Assembly: GCA_049318945.1 (NCBI GenBank)
Contig: JBMOEO010000004.1
Coordinates: forward strand, 10,904 to 74,903
Source: Phototrophicaceae bacterium
Lineage (GTDB): Bacteria > Chloroflexota > Anaerolineae > Aggregatilineales > Phototrophicaceae
Reading direction: 5' to 3'
DNA length: 64,000 nt
The notes beneath the pieces were generated by a model, which searched no databases, had not been told where the DNA came from, and saw only the letters and a program-made list of their open reading frames with translations. Shown one piece after another: positions 10,217 to 17,859 of the stretch (its first letter is position 1; each line of letters opens with the position of its first letter). The translations under genes were made by a program, and so were the position numbers.

Positions 10217-10968
10217 CGTCGCTTGAGCTTATCTAAATAACGTGCAAAGGTGGCAGGCGTGAAAACATCAATATGACCATCGACCAAGACTTGCCACCCT
10301 TCCGCCTGAATACGCTCAATCAGGCTGAAGTCTGGGGGCAAAGCCGATGGATCGCGTCCAACGGTGGGAGAACCGTATAGCGCATCTGCCACTAGGATCA
10401 CCCCATCTTGTGGAATCCGCATGATAACCGAGTCGTCGCTGTGATTTCCGCCGACATGTTCTAGCTCAAGGCGCAACTGCCCCGCCTGTAATGTCCACTG
10501 TGTTTCATCAACAATGTGGGTGGGCATTACCCCACGATAAAGCTCCCAATCCCCATACGCCTCTATCACCCCGTCATACAACACTTGTAGCCATGGTGCT
10601 TCCTCTTGGATGTAGCCTGCAATATCGGCTTGCTGATTGATGCGTGCCATAATGCGCTCAAGATAATCAGCGGTCAACCGATGGGCGATCACGTCTACCT
10701 CACCCCAAACCTGTGCCCCAGCTAGGTGATCCCAATGGCAATGCGAGTAGACGATCTGGCGTACTGGGGGCAACCCGTGCGCCTGCATCGCCTGTTGAAT
10801 CGCTTGAGCATGCAGGGGGCTATTGCCACAATCGTACAAGACCGATTGGTCATCCGCCACCACCACGCCCACCGACGGACGAATCAACGCCCGATTCGGA
10901 TCGGTTGGATACACCCATACATGTTGGCTAACTTGTCGTAATTCCAACTGAAAACCCTCGCTATCCAT
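10204..10968 (-). CDS. MBL-fold metallo-hydrolase
   Basis: HCHWDH (HxHxDH) motif. ATG at 10968; the track ORF starts at TTG 10983. Overlaps the convergent GT4 3' end by 13 nt. Confidence 0.8.
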   Translation of the reverse strand: MDSEGFQLELRQVSQHVWVYPTDPNRALIRPSVGVVVADDQSVLYDCGNSPLHAQAIQQAMQAHGLPPVRQIVYSHCHWDHLAGAQVWGEVDVIAHRLTADYLERIMARINQQADIAGYIQEEAPWLQVLYDGVIEAYGDWELYRGVMPTHIVDETQWTLQAGQLRLELEHVGGNHSDDSVIMRIPQDGVILVADALYGSPTVGRDPSALPPDFSLIERIQAEGWQVLVDGHIDVFTPATFARYLDKLKRRYAR

Positions 10969-11055
10969 TTGATCTATGCACAAGTGAGTGTAAGCAAAAA
11001 ATCCGTTTTGCGGTATAGTTTGAAAACGATACCAACTGTTTATGGATGATGAGCT

Positions 11056-11499
11056 ATGTCAACATCAAGCTACACCCTACACCTCATTCTGCTGGAGTGT
11101 CACCAACAACAAGAACATGACGGGGATGAGCCGTACCTCAAGGTGAACGGAAACATCTGCTTTGAGTGGCAGAAAATGGGCAGACGCTTCAGTAGTCAAC
11201 TCACCTCTATCCAGCATACCGATGCCTTTGACTTTCGCACAGGAAAGGTGCGCACGTTGCACGGTTGGGAAACAAGCGGAAGTTATATAGCAGAGGATTT
11301 CATCTTCCCCAACCTGAGCGGTGAAACAGCTATTGAACTGTGGGAATCTGACGAGGGGGAATGGTTTCGCGGTGGGGATGATTTCTTAGGCGAAGTGCTG
11401 GTGAACGCCAGCCAGATCAGTCACGTGGAACATGAGTACCTATTTGACATGCACAGTGCCCTCTACCGTCTGGTCTATCGCCTCTCCGCTAGTGAGTGA
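11056..11499 (+). CDS. Hypothetical small protein, C2-like / beta-sandwich pattern
   Basis: 147-aa ORF: DGDEPYLKVNG...ELWESDEGEWFRGGDDFLGEVLV resembles acidic-loop C2-type sandwiches. It sits 49 nt upstream of the ATPase gene on the same strand. Confidence 0.5.
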   Translation: MSTSSYTLHLILLECHQQQEHDGDEPYLKVNGNICFEWQKMGRRFSSQLTSIQHTDAFDFRTGKVRTLHGWETSGSYIAEDFIFPNLSGETAIELWESDEGEWFRGGDDFLGEVLVNASQISHVEHEYLFDMHSALYRLVYRLSASE

Positions 11500-11548
11500 G
11501 TAAACTGTGTTATGATGGCAATATGAATTATTTTGCGAGATATTCACC

Positions 11549-12658
11549 ATGCAATTAAGCCACCTTAAGATACAAAACTTCAGGCAAATTTCATCCCATG
11601 AGTTTTCATTATCAGATGATTTGGAACGGATCAACAAATTAACCTTGATCGTTGGACCCAACGGAAGTGGAAAGTCTTCCATCTTGGATGCAATCTGGTT
11701 TGGGTTACATAAAGCAATTGGATATGACTTGTTGCGTTCGGGCTTTCGAGATGAACCTAGCCAGCTAGTGCATACGGGGCAGAACTTCGCTCAGGTTGAC
11801 TATGATATTGAAGTGACTTCTGAAGAGCTTGAGCGCATTCAGGGTTGGAAACGCAAACTTATTGATTTGAAAGAGATGAAGTATTCCCGCGACCACAAAG
11901 AAACGTATGGGCATGTCACATGGCAATATCCCCCACAACCCAACTCTAAGGAATATGGGTATAGCTATGCGAATGGTTATGATTGGAATCTTCTTCAAGG
12001 AAAAAATTATGCACGTCGCTTGCAAAAACTAAGCGCACAAAGATTACCCGATCTACATCTAGCAGGTGGGGTTTACCTCTTTGAACAAGAACGCCACATT
12101 GTGGATGAACCTGCAACACGACATAGCATAGATGAAGAAACATCAAGCGAACCTGCACCTACTCGCTTATTGAAGAAACTGGTGGAGCTAGGCATACGGT
12201 CTTCTATGGGCAGGATGCTAGAAAGCGAGGATTGGTACAAGCAAATCCAACGCGGTTACAACGCCATTTGTAGCCCACACGAAATGGGAAGTGTCTTTGC
12301 TATTGCTGCCGATGGAGAATATGACATCGAGTTCACCGCCGACAATGGGGTGTTATACGGCTTTTATGGGCTAAGCAGTGGTGAACGCGCCGTCCTGAAT
12401 TTCTTGGTGCAGTATTATGCCAAGCGCATGTTTAATTCTATCGTCCTCATTGATGAGCTAGAAATACACTTGCACCCCATTTGGCAACGTCGCCTGCTTC
12501 GCTACTTCATGAACCTAGACGATGGCAACCAGTTGATTGTCACCACCCACTCCCCCACTCTTGCAAGCATGGTGCCCGATGAGCAGATCATCGTCTTAGG
12601 AGAAATTGATAGCCCACAAGCAACTCCTGCTTGGCAAAGAGTGGATGAGGCAGACTAG
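11549..12658 (+). CDS. ABC-type (AAA_15/AAA_21-like) ATPase, AriA-like
   Basis: 369 aa. Walker A is GPNGSGKS (res 36-43), signature-like LSSGER, Walker B IVLIDELEIHLHP, and TTHSP H-loop. AT-richer than the flanks. Confidence 0.8.
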   Translation: MQLSHLKIQNFRQISSHEFSLSDDLERINKLTLIVGPNGSGKSSILDAIWFGLHKAIGYDLLRSGFRDEPSQLVHTGQNFAQVDYDIEVTSEELERIQGWKRKLIDLKEMKYSRDHKETYGHVTWQYPPQPNSKEYGYSYANGYDWNLLQGKNYARRLQKLSAQRLPDLHLAGGVYLFEQERHIVDEPATRHSIDEETSSEPAPTRLLKKLVELGIRSSMGRMLESEDWYKQIQRGYNAICSPHEMGSVFAIAADGEYDIEFTADNGVLYGFYGLSSGERAVLNFLVQYYAKRMFNSIVLIDELEIHLHPIWQRRLLRYFMNLDDGNQLIVTTHSPTLASMVPDEQIIVLGEIDSPQATPAWQRVDEAD

Positions 12659-12660
12659 GA

Positions 12661-13560
12661 ATGTCCATTAAAACCTTGCTTCCATCTTTAGGCGGAAATC
12701 AGCGCATCATACTATGTGAAGGCAAATTCGATTTTAATTTCATCGACAGCATCCTCAGCCTTAGAACAAACCGCATCGACATTTATCCTGCCCATGCGGT
12801 GAAAAGTTTAGCCCCCGTGCGTGCATTTCTGGAACAAGGCATTATCATTCGGGATCGTGATTTTAAGTTTACCGTTGAACAAGCACAAGACAGCTTTACA
12901 ACGACAGAGCATGAAACCATCTGGAAACGCTATGACATCGAGGGATACTTGCTGTATGCGGATTGGATTCAGCAAGCATTTGAGACGATTCAGTCAACTC
13001 GCCCAGGTCGCAAGTTATCTGTTCCAAGCGTTGAACAGATCGAGGCATTCATTATCGCCAAGAGCCGAGAACAGATTCTTCACTATGCTGGGAATAGGAC
13101 TGTAAAAGACTTGCATCCCAGTTTTTCGATGCTACACGAAGCCACGCAACTTAAGGTATCCGATCCAACTCCAACGGATGTAACCGCCTGTGTAGATGAT
13201 TTCACTCGGCAGATAGATAACTTGCGCATCCAAGCTGGTGAGCTAGACACACTTCCCGAATTGCAACCCGAAAACATCGCCATTCGCTTACAAGATTATC
13301 TACAACGTTATGATGAATTTGCCCAGAACATGGATACCATTCGGATTCATTTTTCTGGCAAAAAATTACTTGAAGCGGTCTGGGCAGAATGGTTACAGCC
13401 TCTAAGAATTAAAGATTTTGGCAAGGATGATTTATCAAAAGAACTCATCCCCATTGCCAAAGGCTACGCTACACACTTGGCGTTGCTTCGTGATGATGAG
13501 CGGTTGGGAGATTTTGCGTTGCTTGGTGAGAAGTCGCTTGCGGATGGGACAGCTTTATAA
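12661..13560 (+). CDS. DUF4435 / TOPRIM-like protein, AriB-like
   Basis: 299 aa. ILCEGKFD (E20) and IIIRDRDF (D65, D67) fit the TOPRIM E...DxD arrangement seen in DUF4435. The start is 2 nt after the ATPase stop. Confidence 0.7.
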   Translation: MSIKTLLPSLGGNQRIILCEGKFDFNFIDSILSLRTNRIDIYPAHAVKSLAPVRAFLEQGIIIRDRDFKFTVEQAQDSFTTTEHETIWKRYDIEGYLLYADWIQQAFETIQSTRPGRKLSVPSVEQIEAFIIAKSREQILHYAGNRTVKDLHPSFSMLHEATQLKVSDPTPTDVTACVDDFTRQIDNLRIQAGELDTLPELQPENIAIRLQDYLQRYDEFAQNMDTIRIHFSGKKLLEAVWAEWLQPLRIKDFGKDDLSKELIPIAKGYATHLALLRDDERLGDFALLGEKSLADGTAL

Positions 13561-13581
13561 ATATCTTGTAAATATTTATAT

Positions 13582-13626
13582 ACACCGTTTAATTATATTG
13601 ACACCGTTTATCTAATGCCGTATGAT
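13582..13626 (+). promoter_or_regulatory. Candidate promoter TTGACA-17 nt-TATGAT (13598-13626) with a direct repeat ACACCGTTTA x2 (13582-13591, 13601-13610)
   Basis: Read directly from the sequence. The second repeat overlaps the -35 hexamer. The -10 hexamer lies downstream of the ATG at 13615. Confidence 0.4.
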
Positions 13627-14358
13627 TTTATCAATGCACTGAAGGAAAGAGACGATTTGCCAAGACCACGCCAAGAGCTACTCAACGAACAAACACGGCA
13701 CGAGATTAAAGATATTGCCCGCGCTTTGATGCAAGAAAAGGGAACACAAGGCTTAAGCCTGCGTGCAATCGCCCGTGAGATGGGACTCACCGCGCCAGCG
13801 TTATACCATTACTACCCATCTATGGATGATCTCATCACCGCGTTGATTGTGGATGCGTTCACCAATCACGCTCATTACGTGCAAACCTGCATCGCCCGTG
13901 CGCGGTTCAAACAGGTGACACCACAAGAACAACTCTTTGAGGGTTGCCTTGCCTACCGAGAGTGGGCACTAAGCCATTGTGTGGATTATCAGTTGATTTA
14001 TGGAAATCCCATACCGGGCTATGCCGCTCCCAAAGAAGTCACCGTGCCTGCCGCAAAGTTAATGAGTGAAACGTTTTTGGCGGTCATGAATGAAGCAGTT
14101 GCAACAGGGGCTATGCGCTTTTCACCTGTTCGTTGCCATGTTCCACCGAACATCGCCGAGCATTTCCGAGCGCGATTCCTGCCGAACGCAACCGAAAGCG
14201 AGCTAGTCGTCTTCTATGCCATGAACCTGATGTGGTCAGTCATGCACGGATTGGTCGCGCTAGAGTTAACCGAACATACCCCACCCGTTGTGGGAGATGC
14301 TGAAGCGTTTTACCGCGCCCAAATACACAATCAATTCCTATTCTTGGAGCAGGATTAA
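13615..14358 (+). CDS. TetR/AcrR family transcriptional regulator
   Basis: N-terminal HTH IARALMQEKGTQGLSLRAIAREMGLTAPALYHYYPSMDDL. The start is ambiguous: ATG 13615, or in-frame TTG 13657 preceded by GAAGGAAAGAG if the promoter above is used. Confidence 0.85.
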   Translation: MPYDFINALKERDDLPRPRQELLNEQTRHEIKDIARALMQEKGTQGLSLRAIAREMGLTAPALYHYYPSMDDLITALIVDAFTNHAHYVQTCIARARFKQVTPQEQLFEGCLAYREWALSHCVDYQLIYGNPIPGYAAPKEVTVPAAKLMSETFLAVMNEAVATGAMRFSPVRCHVPPNIAEHFRARFLPNATESELVVFYAMNLMWSVMHGLVALELTEHTPPVVGDAEAFYRAQIHNQFLFLEQD

Positions 14359-14451
14359 CCCGTTACCTTCACCTGCTGATGTTCCCCTAAAACGGATCAC
14401 CCTCTTCATAAGAGGATGATATGCCACTATGTATAACGTTTTTCACCAACG

Positions 14452-14468
14452 GACTCACTTTGTGAGTC
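14452..14468. promoter_or_regulatory. 17-bp perfect palindrome GACTCAC-TTT-GTGAGTC, candidate TetR operator
   Basis: Lies between the TetR gene and the SDR gene, 46 nt upstream of the SDR ATG and about 20 nt upstream of a TATCAT hexamer (14488-14493). Confidence 0.45.
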
Positions 14469-14513
14469 AGGTTTATTCAACACATCTTATCATCAGAATT
14501 GAGGAGAAACACC

Positions 14514-15473
14514 ATGTCAACTTCACAACGCAATATCATTTTTGGAACGGGTCCCATCGGTATGAGCGTGATGGACAGCCTACGCGCACGGGGATACACC
14601 CAGATTGTAATGGTCAACCGTAGCGGTAAAACCAGCGAGCCACTCCCTGAAGGGGTTGAGTTGGTGCGTGGAGATGTCACCGATACCAACTTCAGCACCC
14701 AAGTTACTCAAGGGGCAGCGGTCATTTACAACGCGCTCAACCCAGCCTATAGCAAGTGGGCAACGGACTTCCCTCCCATGCAGGCTGGAGTGGTTGCCGC
14801 GGCGCAAGCCAGCCAAGCCAAGTTGGTGGTGATGGATAACCTGTATATGTATGGGGATACCAACGGAAAACCCATCCATGAGAACTTGCCCTATATCGCC
14901 CACACACGCAAAGGCAAATTGCGCGGGGAGATGGCACAACAGCTTTTAGATTTACACACACAAGGCAAAATCAAGGTGGTCATCGCTCGCGCGTCGGACT
15001 TTGTGGGAGAGCGCGTTCACGGGGCGGCAATGAGTTCAAGCGTGTTTCAAGCGGCATTGCAGGGCAAAGCAGCGCAAGTAGTGGGGTCTTTGGATGTCGT
15101 CCATAGCATGACATACGTTAAAGATGTTGGGCGTGCCTTAGTTGATCTCGCCGAACAGGATGATACTTTCGGACAGGTTTGGCACGTTCCCACCGCCACT
15201 GCCATCACCACACGCGCATGGCTAGAAAAAATCTACGGCAAAACAGGGCACCCCGTCAAGACGATGGTCGCCGGTCGGTTGATGTTGGGGTTGATCGGAT
15301 TATTCGTCAAAGACTTGGGTGAAATTTATGAGATGCTGTACGAATTTGAAAAGCCCTTCATCATCGACAGCACCAAGTTTGAAACGCGCTTTGGGTGGAA
15401 GGGCACACCAATTGATGAGATCATCCAACGTACCCTAGAGTGGAATCGTCAGAACATGCCAACAACCCACTAA
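14514..15473 (+). CDS. NAD(P)-binding SDR / NAD-dependent epimerase-dehydratase family protein
   Basis: ATG at 14514 with GAGGAG 8 nt upstream. Rossmann motif IIFGTGPIGMSV. 319 aa. Confidence 0.8.
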   Translation: MSTSQRNIIFGTGPIGMSVMDSLRARGYTQIVMVNRSGKTSEPLPEGVELVRGDVTDTNFSTQVTQGAAVIYNALNPAYSKWATDFPPMQAGVVAAAQASQAKLVVMDNLYMYGDTNGKPIHENLPYIAHTRKGKLRGEMAQQLLDLHTQGKIKVVIARASDFVGERVHGAAMSSSVFQAALQGKAAQVVGSLDVVHSMTYVKDVGRALVDLAEQDDTFGQVWHVPTATAITTRAWLEKIYGKTGHPVKTMVAGRLMLGLIGLFVKDLGEIYEMLYEFEKPFIIDSTKFETRFGWKGTPIDEIIQRTLEWNRQNMPTTH

Positions 15474-17071
15474 GGCATCACATGACGGCGTTCATACACC
15501 TGTACCCCGCTACCGTAATAGGTGGTGGGGATGCTATAGATGAGCGTATAGTCCTGTGTGAAAGCCGTCTCACGCAATAAGCCCAGCCGAACGAATGCTT
15601 CCATTGTCACCAGATATTGTGGCTGTTGATCTAAAATGAGTTGGGGGGGAATGGCATAGTTTTGCACGTCCTTGCTATCATCCCCCCGTCCCACAATCAA
15701 GGACTCTGTGATGGGATAGTAACGGCTCAGTTCAGGTGTGACTAACCCAACAGTATCAATGATGGTGGCGTTGGTGTAATAACCGATTGCGCCAATGTCT
15801 GCCGAAGCAATGCGCGTGGAAGGCGTAATCGTGCGGTGGGTGTGTAGCCACTCGGCAACGGTGCGATAGTGTAGCTCAAGTTCATGCCATGCCATGCGTG
15901 GGGCGGGGCGAGCCGCTCCATGATCGGGCGTGAACACCCAACCTTGTAGGGTCATCCCCACCCACAACAACGCAACCATCCCCATCCCCAAGCGTGCCAC
16001 CTGCGGACGTTTGAACAGCGTTGCCACACCCTCCCAAATTGCCCACGCCCCCAACACCGCCCCCAACATGAGCGCGGGCACAGGTGGAAGCCAATACCAC
16101 CGAAACACCAACGGATTCGCCACAGCAAACAAAATGAGGTAAAGCCAAGGGTAGATCAACAACGGCAAGACGCGCCGTTCTCGTTGGCGGACATACAGCC
16201 ACGCAAACAGATTGAGCGTGGGATAGAGGATCGCTCCTACCATTGCCCCCCTACTTCCGAACGCCTCAAAGTCTTGAAAGAGCGTGGCGTATTGCTGAAC
16301 GAATGATACCAACGCGCTGTAATCTGTGATCCAATACGCGACGCTTTTGGCACTCAACGAGTTGGGAATGGGAGAGCCAAAGTAGACGAAGGCGAATATC
16401 CCCCACGGGGCGATGGTAAGCAGTCCTGCCAACCAAGTCTGCCAAGTGAAATAGCGAAGCCAGCCCAAGCGCAAACGTCGGGCGTGCCATGCCGATTCTC
16501 CCCATTGCATCAGTCCCAACGGTATAATCCAAATCGCCGCATCAATCCGCGTGAGCAATCCCAAGCCGGCGAACACCCCCACCCAACGCGGACGCTCCTC
16601 TAGGTAGGCAACGGTTGCGCCCAACATCCATAAGATTGCTACGGCGGTTTCCATCCCCCCCACCGCAAAGGTGACGCTCATCGGCGAGAGAGCATATAAC
16701 ACCGCCACAGCCACCGACGGATATAAGGATTGCGTGATGCGCCACGCAATCCAATAGAGCAGGCAGACATTGAGCATGTCCACCAGCGCGTTCACTCCTA
16801 GTGCGTACCATGTAAATGCTTCGCCCTGCGCTATGCCCGCCACCCCTGCCATCACGAGGGCATACAAGGGCGTGGTTGTCCCCAACGTGCGAACGCCCTC
16901 GTTATAGACGAAGCCGTCACCCATGAGCAGGTTACGGCTGTAGCGAAACGTAATGAATGAATCATCGACATTACGGGGTGCAGGTAAAACCCGTGCCCCG
17001 CCCGCCAAAATCATCACCATAGCCAACAGAATCCACCCTGTCCGAGATTGACGTGCGAAGAATCGAGGCAT
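15470..17071 (-). CDS. GT-C fold membrane glycosyltransferase-like protein (ArnT/PMT-like)
   Basis: 533 aa. N-terminal NVDDSFITFRYSRNL-type motif, then 12 or more hydrophobic helices and a soluble C-terminal domain. Family assignment is by pattern only. Confidence 0.6.
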   Translation of the reverse strand: MPRFFARQSRTGWILLAMVMILAGGARVLPAPRNVDDSFITFRYSRNLLMGDGFVYNEGVRTLGTTTPLYALVMAGVAGIAQGEAFTWYALGVNALVDMLNVCLLYWIAWRITQSLYPSVAVAVLYALSPMSVTFAVGGMETAVAILWMLGATVAYLEERPRWVGVFAGLGLLTRIDAAIWIIPLGLMQWGESAWHARRLRLGWLRYFTWQTWLAGLLTIAPWGIFAFVYFGSPIPNSLSAKSVAYWITDYSALVSFVQQYATLFQDFEAFGSRGAMVGAILYPTLNLFAWLYVRQRERRVLPLLIYPWLYLILFAVANPLVFRWYWLPPVPALMLGAVLGAWAIWEGVATLFKRPQVARLGMGMVALLWVGMTLQGWVFTPDHGAARPAPRMAWHELELHYRTVAEWLHTHRTITPSTRIASADIGAIGYYTNATIIDTVGLVTPELSRYYPITESLIVGRGDDSKDVQNYAIPPQLILDQQPQYLVTMEAFVRLGLLRETAFTQDYTLIYSIPTTYYGSGVQVYERRHVMP

Positions 17072-17073
17072 GG

Positions 17074-17700
17074 TTAAAACAACGTCAACTGTTGTGGAGG
17101 TTCTTGGTCAGCGGCGTTGGAGGCGATTTCGACATTGCGCAACCGCTTAACTTCGGCAATCACTTCTACCAATCGCTTGATGTCTACTTCCATATCACGG
17201 CGCAAGCTCGGATTTCGTAATGCTGCTGCAGGGTGATAGATGGGATAGTAAGCACGCTTGTCTTCATATTTAGGTTGCCCATGAATCTGGGTGATCTTTG
17301 CTTTGGGGAAGTAACGCGCCATGCTAAACCGCCCCACCGTGACGATCACGGACGGATTGATGACTTCAATCTGACTATCCAAGTAGGAGCGACACGCTTC
17401 TATTTCCGTTGTTTCAGGATCACGGTTATCAGGGGGACGACACTTGACCACATTGGTGATGAAGACGCTTTGGCGTTCTAGTTGAATCAAGTTAAGCAGG
17501 TAATTGAGGTATTCCCCACTGCGACCAACGAAGGGGATGCCTTGTTCATCTTCACGTTGACCGGGTGCTTCACCAATGAACATGATTTCTGCGTGCGGGT
17601 TGCCTGCGCCGGGCACGGTTCGGGTGCGCCCGCTGTGCAAGCTACAACGTTGGCACGCGCTAATTTGCGTTGCCAGTTCTTTAAGAGCAATTTCGTTCAT
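17074..17700 (-). CDS. Uracil-DNA glycosylase, family 4
   Basis: 208 aa. CQRCSLH...GEAPGQREDEQGIPFVGRSG...VVKCRPP motifs of family-4 (Fe-S) UDGs. Confidence 0.9.
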   Translation of the reverse strand: MNEIALKELATQISACQRCSLHSGRTRTVPGAGNPHAEIMFIGEAPGQREDEQGIPFVGRSGEYLNYLLNLIQLERQSVFITNVVKCRPPDNRDPETTEIEACRSYLDSQIEVINPSVIVTVGRFSMARYFPKAKITQIHGQPKYEDKRAYYPIYHPAAALRNPSLRRDMEVDIKRLVEVIAEVKRLRNVEIASNAADQEPPQQLTLF

Positions 17701-17859
17701 GGTCTAGTTCATCCCGTTGGTTGTCAACATTAATTTAAGCGGTATCATAACGAAAATGACCACTTTTACAACCATATTGACAAGCCAATTTGAAATCATC
17801 ACTAGCCTAGTACGCAAGAAGCCCTATGATAAATCGGTTATTGATTGGTTGGTGAATTG

